A DNA stretch of 64,000 nt, from NCBI GenBank assembly GCA_012862495.1, contig BLSG01000001.1:1-64000 (forward strand). Reading direction: 5' to 3'. Below the pieces are notes generated by a model. It had not been told where the DNA came from and did not search any database. It saw only the letters and a program-made list of their open reading frames with translations. Both the position numbers and the translations under genes were made by a program. This DNA comes from Thraustochytrium aureum. Taxonomy: Eukaryota. Shown here piece after piece: positions 57,252 to 64,000 of this stretch. The stretch's first letter is position 1. Every line of letters starts with the position of its first letter.

Positions 57252-59250
57252 CTTGGCTTGGGTTGGCGTGTGCTTGGCTCTCGGGTTTCGGCTGTGCGAG
57301 AATTGCTTGGAGCTGTTGGGGGTCTGCTTTGCTCTGTCGTGCGTTCACTCGCGCTGCGTGTGGGTATGGCGTGTGTGGCGCTGGCCAGGCGTGACTGTCG
57401 AAGAACGAAGGGGTTGTCTGCGAACATCATTCTCGGGTGGGGGAGAAGGGCGTGAAGGGCAGAATGAGGGGAGAAAGGACAGTGCTGGACTGCCGAGAAC
57501 GCCGAACGATTTCAGGCATGACGTGGATTGAAGGGCTCAAACGTACCCATGTGCTTGGAGTGTAGGGCTCCGTCTCCACATTCCGTTCACTCGTTGCCTC
57601 GCACTGGCTGGTGATTGCACTCTAGCTAGCTAGCTCCAGCTCCAGAGGAAGTATCACGCGCGTGTGCCCAAGCCAGCCGCGAGGCAGTCTTCACCAAGGA
57701 GGATCCGCCTTGGGACAGCGGCGAGTTGTGTGCAAGAACGACGTGTGTGTCTTCGCCTGAAAGCGGAGAACGCGCAGGCAGAATCATGTGAGAAGAAGGG
57801 CTGGGATGTACGAGCTAGCTAGGAGATCAGCCTCCAGCGTGGCCAGTCTGGCGCTCCGAGTTGGCGATTCCTGGCGTTTGCTACTGTGCGCACCGGTGTA
57901 CTTCTCCTACCAATGGAGGACGCGTGGAGGTACCAGAACTACTACCGACACGATTTTGAGAAAAATCAACATTCAACATTCGAAATCACTCACGAACCTT
58001 CTTGTTTCTCACAAAACAAAAAAAATCTCATNNNNNNNNNNNNNNNNNNNNNNNNNNNNNNNNNNNNNNNNNNNNNNNNNNNNNNNNNNNNNNNNNNNNN
58101 NNNNNNNNNNNNNNNNNNNNNNNNNNNNNNNNNNNNNNNNNNNNNNNNNNNNNNNNNNNNNNNNNNNNNNNNNNNNNNNNNNNNNNNNNNNNNNNNNNNN
58201 NNNNNNNNNNNNNNNNNNNNNNNNNNNNNNNNNNNNNNNNNNNNNNNNNNNNNNNNNNNNNNNNNNNNNNNNNNNNNNNNNNNNNNNNNNNNNNNNNNNN
58301 NNNNNNNNNNNNNNNNNNNNNNNNNNNNNNNNNNNNNNNNNNNNNNNNNNNNNNNNNNNNNNNNNNNNNNNNNNNNNNNNNNNNNNNNNNNNNNNNNNNN
58401 NNNNNNNNNNNNNNNNNNNNNNNNNNNNNNNNNNNNNNNNNNNNNNNNNNNNNNNNNNNNNNNNNNNNNNNNNNNNNNNNNNNNNNNNNNNNNNNNNNNN
58501 NNNNNNNNNNNNNNNNNNNNNNNNNNNNNNNNNNNNNNNNNNNNNNNNNNNNNNNNNNNNNNNNNNNNNNNNNNNNNNNNNNNNNNNNNNNNNNNNNNNN
58601 NNNNNNNNNNNNNNNNNNNNNNNNNNNNNNNNNNNNNNNNNNNNNNNNNNNNNNNNNNNNNNNNNNNNNNNNNNNNNNNNNNNNNNNNNNNNNNNNNNNN
58701 NNNNNNNNNNNNNNNNNNNNNNNNNNNNNNNNNNNNNNNNNNNNNNNNNNNNNNNNNNNNNNNNNNNNNNNNNNNNNNNNNNNNNNNNNNNNNNNNNNNN
58801 NNNNNNNNNNNNNNNNNNNNNNNNNNNNNNNNNNNNNNNNNNNNNNNNNNNNNNNNNNNNNNNNNNNNNNNNNNNNNNNNNNNNNNNNNNNNNNNNNNNN
58901 NNNNNNNNNNNNNNNNNNNNNNNNNNNNNNNNNNNNNNNNNNNNNNNNNNNNNNNNNNNNNNNNNNCTTCTCCGGAAATGTCTTCATGAGGTTGGTCGCG
59001 CGCCACATCGGCACACTCGAGTACGTCAGACTCGACCGCGAGGCCGGCTCCTACGAGACCAGTCTGGAGTCTGGACCCTCTTCAGTTCAGAATGAATTGG
59101 AGTTCAGCACTTGCGCGCACAACAGGACAGGGACAACGAGTAGGCCGAGGCGTTCGCCGAGAATCAGATTATTGCGCTCACAAGCTCTACTACATCAGAC
59201 GACGGCCCCGCGGCTCGCTTGGGGCCTGTTGGTGTCCCTCTGCGCGCCCA

Positions 59251-59913
59251 TTAATTGCAGTGGCCGCTGAGGGCGAGAAAGCCGGTCGCGGTGAGCGCAA
59301 GCGCGCCGGGCAGCGCGTTGGACGCGGAAGACTTGACCGCGTTGCAGTTGGTGGTCGTGCAACCCGATTCCAGCGCCATGTACTCGCAGAGTTGCTCGCT
59401 GTAGTCGGTGCACTTGGCAAAGCAAGGAGCCACGATTTTGTCCATCACTGTTTGGAGATCCGTGCACAAGTTGCTCGAGCTTGTCTGGCCTAATTCAAGG
59501 TTCTTGTTGTAAATGCACGTCGCGACGTCAATGTAGTCACACCCTCCGAGCGGCAGGCCGCAGGCCACAACGTCTGGGCATTGTGGGAGTTTGTTGATGA
59601 GGTTTCCGTTGCTCCCCAACACAAACGCGCACGCAGGCGCGGAAATCTTGCTGCATCCCGCGTCGTCGACGCACCCTTCCACAGCCCGGAGCGTTGTGTT
59701 GAGTTCGCTGCACTCGGTCGGGACCTGGGCTGCGTCGCATGCTTGGGCGCTACGCTTGCAGTCGCCCAGCTCCGCGTCCAACGCGGCAAACTTGTGCGCG
59801 CTGCTGGTGGCGGGCTTTGCTGCAAGCACCGGGTTGAGACCGCTGAGTAGGTTGGCGAAATCGCCGTTCGTCCCGGCCACGAGGGCGGCGCAAAGGAGGG
59901 CGGCGAGCTTCAT
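59251..59913 (-). CDS. Secreted, probably GPI-anchored Cys-rich protein (paralog B, 220 aa)
   Basis: Signal MKLAALLCAALVAGTNG; 16 Cys aligning with paralog A; tail SSASNALPGALALTATGFLAL. Confidence 0.8.
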   Translation of the reverse strand: MKLAALLCAALVAGTNGDFANLLSGLNPVLAAKPATSSAHKFAALDAELGDCKRSAQACDAAQVPTECSELNTTLRAVEGCVDDAGCSKISAPACAFVLGSNGNLINKLPQCPDVVACGLPLGGCDYIDVATCIYNKNLELGQTSSSNLCTDLQTVMDKIVAPCFAKCTDYSEQLCEYMALESGCTTTNCNAVKSSASNALPGALALTATGFLALSGHCN

Positions 59914-61336
59914 CTTGGTTTCCTGATAGTCGTCGAGTTTGCAATTCTATTGCTGGGTCTTCCGTGCTCTTCTTCGTTCGGGGTTTGCTCGCAAGAAGTC
60001 GTGCTCGAGGCCAAGCAGACCGTGTTCTTGGAGTCTCAGACACGAGGAGCAAGTGCACACCCTGGACACTTTCTCCGGTGGTGCCACAAATCTGACCTGA
60101 CCGCAAGCAGCCGGCTTCCCGGGAGTACCTAACGGCTTGTGAGAGGTCCACAAGTCAAAGACGAACGCGGTGCAACCAACCTCCTGGCCAGGTGCAACTG
60201 CGAGCGCCTTCCTCGCAGCCCACTCGCACCTGCAGCAGCCTTCCTTGCAGCCAGCGCAGGCCGCCGAGCAGCTCGAGCTCTAGCTCGAGGGGGGCCGTCC
60301 GCGAGTTGCAGTACCTCTAGAGGTACGTACGGTCCGAGATGACCGCGCGTGCTGCGCGAGCGCTGGACGATAAGACGTGGCGAGCTGGCTTCGGGGTGGG
60401 CGACAGGAAATGCGTTCGTCAGCTGGCAGTTTGCCAACGCCAGGAACGCGTCCCCACAGGTTTACGTCGCTCAGGTCGAGCTGGCTACGTGGGGCAACGA
60501 AGGGGATGCGCCAGAGCTCATCAACGCATGCCGCGGCCGTGTTGCTTTGAGGCACTCAACGATTTCACGTCCGCGAGCTGGAACATGACGCGCTGGATCA
60601 CGACGCGCTGGATCACGACAAGCTAGTAGCCAGCAGGCGAGGTGAGGTGCTCGGACGAGCGGTCGCGCATGGGGCGCGACCGTGGGCGTTTACCCGGTCA
60701 GCAGGCGTGCNNNNNNNNNNNNNNNNNNNNNNNNNNNNNNNNNNNNNNNNNNNNNNNNNNNNNNNNNNNNNNNNNNNNNNNNNNNNNNNNNNNNNNNNNN
60801 NNNNNNNNNNNNNNNNNNNNNNNNNNNNNNNNNNNNNNNNNNNNNNNNNNNNNNNNNNNNNNNNNNNNNNNNNNNNNNNNNNNNNNNNNNNNNNNNNNNN
60901 NNNNNNNNNNNNNNNNNNNNNNNNNNNNNNNNNNNNNNNNNNNNNNNNNNNNNNNNNNNNNNNNNNNNNNNNNNNNNNNNNNNNNNNNNNNNNNNNNNNN
61001 NNNNNNNNNNNNNNNNNNNNNNNNNNNNNNNNNNNNNNNNNNNNNNNNNNNNNNNNNNNNNNNNNNNNNNNNNNNNNNNNNNNNNNNNNNNNNNNNNNNN
61101 NNNNNNNNNNNNNNNNNNNNNNNNNNNNNNNNNNNNNNNNNNNNNNNNNNNNNNNNNNNNNNNNNNNNNNNNNNNNNNNNNNNNNNNNNNNNNNNNNNNN
61201 NNNNNNNNNNNNNNNNNNNNNNNNNNNNNNNNNNNNNNNNNNNNNNNNNNNNNNNNNNNNNNNNNNNNNNNNNNNNNNNNNNNNNNNNNNNNNNNNNNNN
61301 NNNNNNNNNNNNNNNNNNNNNNNNNNNNNNNNNNNN

Positions 61337-62816
61337 GTGAAGGCGCTGCACGACGGCGTGCAGTGCTTCCCGGCGATACATGCGGAGCTTGAACGCGCTG
61401 AACAGGAGATTCTGTTCGAGTGTACTGGTTCGAGTCGGATCGCGCTGGGCGCGCCATGGCGGCCCGGCTGATGGACGCCGCCAAACGCGGTGTCAACGTC
61501 CGCGTCGTGTACGACTCGTTTGGGAGCGTGGACGCGGACCCGGACATGTTTGAAGAGATGCGGCAGGCCGGGTGCGAGGTGCTCGAGTTCAACCCTATCA
61601 AGCCGTGGCGGCGGCGCCTCCTGCGCGGTCAGCCCGCTGACCCGCTGAGCGCGGCCGCCTTCAGCCTGTCATCGTTCTTTCCGACCTCGTTCTCGCGCAT
61701 CATCCGCCGCGACCACCGCAAGATGATAGTGGTAGACAGGCGCGTCGTGTTTACAGGCGGGCTCAACGTCGGCGACTTTTGGCTTCCGGAGAGCCAGGGC
61801 GGCGAGGGCTGGCGCGACGTGATGATTCGGATCGAGGGCCCGTGGCGCCGGCGTTCGCCGGGATCTTCGAGCGGCTCGTAGATCCCTTGCGCGCTGGCCA
61901 CGACGATCGCGGCCCGCTGGAGGGCGTGGAGCTCTTGCCTCGGGCAGCTGGGTCGGGGCCCACCTTGATCGACCGCCTCACGCGCGGCCTGCAGCGGTGG
62001 GAGACCTTTCGCGACCGCGTGGCCGCCTCTGTGGACAAGGGCCGAGACGTGTGGAATACTGCGCTGCTCAAGCGCCTCCAGGCGCTCCCGGAGAGCACGC
62101 TCATGCTTTTCCCGTTCCGCGTGCCCTCGCACACCATCGACCCGTCTGGGGCCTGGTGGTCGGCGCAGGGCAGGCTGCAGCTCGACGTGAGCGCCAAGCA
62201 GCAGCGCAACAACAAGCGCGAGCTCTTGTTTGAGCAGGTCAAGTCCAAGTGGCAGCGTCTCGGGTCCAACGTGCAGATAATCACGAACGACGCCTTCAGC
62301 GAGCGCAACAGCATCCGACGCGGGTACATCCGCGCGATCAACGCAGCCAAGAAGAGGGTCACCATCGTCAACAGCTACTTTGTGCCGTGCTCGTCGATCC
62401 GGCGGGCGCTCTACAGGGCGGCCGAGCGCGGGGTGGACGTTCGCATCATTGTTCCTGGGACGAAGACGGACATGCACTCAGTGCGCTGGGCCACGCACGC
62501 CTACTACGACTCGATGCTGCGCCGGGGCATCAAGCTCTACGAGTTCTTCCCCAACGTCCTGCACAGCAAGGTTTGCATCATCGACTCGCAGGTGAGCACG
62601 CTGGGGACCTACAACCTCGACTACCGCTCTTGGTACCACAACCTCGAGATTGTCGCAGTCGTGCACGACGCGGGCTTTAGCGCCGAGCTCGAGGCGCGTC
62701 TGCAAGAGGACATCGACGCGGACTGCGAGCGGGTCGAGGTGTCCAAGTGGTCTGCGCGCCCGGCGCTCAAGCGTGCTTGGGAGAACTTTTTCTACTTTTT
62801 CCGCCACCACATGTAG
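61337..62816 (+). CDS. Bacterial-type (PLD superfamily) cardiolipin synthase, ClsB-like (5' partial; frameshifts near 61420 and 61841)
   Basis: AAKRGVNVRVVYDSFGS; HKD1 RDHRKMIVVD..FTGGLN; WRDVMIRIEGP; NSYFVP; AAERGVDVRII; HKD2 LHSKVCIID..GTYNLDYRSWYHNLE. Confidence 0.88.
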
Positions 62817-63407
62817 GAGGGAGGGAGAGGGCGCTCGCACACCCCGCATCGCCTTCGTCACTGTTGGGCCTCGCATCTTTTTTTTTCCAACAAAACTTAC
62901 AAAAGTTGAAAATTGACACGTTCGGTGGGCTTTGGCGAGCGTTTTTGGTGGGCTCTTTTGATTGATGGGCTATGATGGGCTTTGATGGCGAGGCAACGTT
63001 CCAGCGCTGTCGCGCACTTGCGATTCATTGAGGGCATCCGAACCGGTCACGATCCCGCCAAGGAGGCTCACGATCATTGATTCGATGCCTTGTCAACCAA
63101 AAGCGTTTTAGATCGTGAAGGCCACCGCACCGATCGCAGCTGCAGCTGCACTGCTGAGACAACGGACAGCAGGAGCAGGGCTCCGCCGATTCATTCCTCA
63201 GACGGTCATCGATCCTTCGTGAATTGGACCGCGCTCCGGTGGAATTGGCCCGGGAACTGTCGGCGCCCCTCGGCAACTTGCAGGGCGCGGCAGACCCGCA
63301 ACCGTTCGCTGAGCAGCCCCGTGCTTGGCGAAATACCTACCTCTTCTCCCGCACCGCAACGCCATCGCGACAACCCCTCTGCTCGGTGCGCCCGCAATTG
63401 CGACCCG

Positions 63408-63731
63408 ATGACGCCGCTGGACGACGCGAGCAGCGATGGCGCGCATTCAGAGTGTTCCTGGGTTGCTGTCGACGACGGCTTCGACGTGCGCAGCTTTTCA
63501 ACCGCGGGTTCAAGCGAGCCGGAGACCCCGCTGCCCGGCCATAAGCGGGGAGGGTCTGCCGTGCTACAAGCATGCGAAGAGATTTTGCTTCGCGCCAAAC
63601 GAGAACAGCGGTGCGCGGACGCCGACAATCGCAACACCCAATGCAGCCAACAGCGCGAGCCCACAGATCCGGAGGACGAAAGACCAAGAACTGGCGATTG
63701 GCGACCTCGTGCCCACAAAGATGCTGGCTGA
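63408..63731 (+). CDS. Possible hypothetical protein start
   Basis: ATG 63408 MTPLDDASSDGAHSECSWVAVDDG; weak support, may be frameshifted or non-coding. Confidence 0.25.
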   Translation: MTPLDDASSDGAHSECSWVAVDDGFDVRSFSTAGSSEPETPLPGHKRGGSAVLQACEEILLRAKREQRCADADNRNTQCSQQREPTDPEDERPRTGDWRPRAHKDAG

Positions 63732-64000
63732 CAAACGCGCCCGACGCTACTCGGATAGCTACAGGTACCGGTCGCTGCTCGGTGGGTCCGGCATCCGGGG
63801 CAAACTCTGGGAGGGCAGATCAGCAAAACCCATTCACCAACCCAGTCTTCAATACCGCCAAGCCCCACGACGATCTGGTCAGCGTGGACCGGGGCAGCAG
63901 CTGCCTGGCCGTGAGCGAGTTCGACCTTGGCAGGTGCACCGCCAAGCAGTTATTTGGCCAAGAACTCAAAGCTCGCCTCGGTGCGTTTCGCACCATCGAC

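Noticed and set aside
57788..59270. Long ORFs spanning the 58032-58966 gap and similar X-filled ORFs elsewhere
   Set aside because: Their length comes from N runs; the flanking translations show no recognisable domain.
60587..60619. 15-bp tandem duplication gacgcgctggatcac (also a 22-bp duplication at 42787-42830 and a 10-bp one near 7104)
   Set aside because: Isolated local slippage events with no sign of an associated element.

Overview
GC-rich, gene-dense, apparently intron-poor eukaryotic nuclear DNA from a draft assembly with many N gaps. About 30 protein-coding loci lie on both strands. The gene set (UNC119, MORN and EF-hand proteins, METTL6-like, HRQ1, USP36-like, FUN14, DnaJ-X, GPALPP1-like, mitochondrial-type KAS, xylose isomerase, PLD-type cardiolipin synthase, MLO-like) suggests a flagellated heterotrophic protist. 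A stramenopile such as a labyrinthulomycete/thraustochytrid is my best inference, not something the window proves. Many genes carry single-base frameshifts, several in short homopolymers, most simply explained as sequencing errors. No rRNA, tRNA, CRISPR array or recognisable transposon was seen. Most notable observations: (1) an RNI-like LRR protein that appears to run into the start of an ADAR/ADAT1-type adenosine deaminase domain just before a gap; (2) a secreted QRT3-like beta-helix polygalacturonase convergent with xylose isomerase; (3) an MLO-like protein with a degenerate EF-hand and Zn-finger tail; (4) two paralogous secreted, probably GPI-anchored proteins built from 2x8-Cys modules; (5) an extreme His/Glu/Asp-rich protein; (6) a ClsB-like bacterial-type cardiolipin synthase; (7) a palindromic CTAGCTAG motif found seven times, always outside called genes. 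Family assignments are from motif recognition by eye; no database searches were run.
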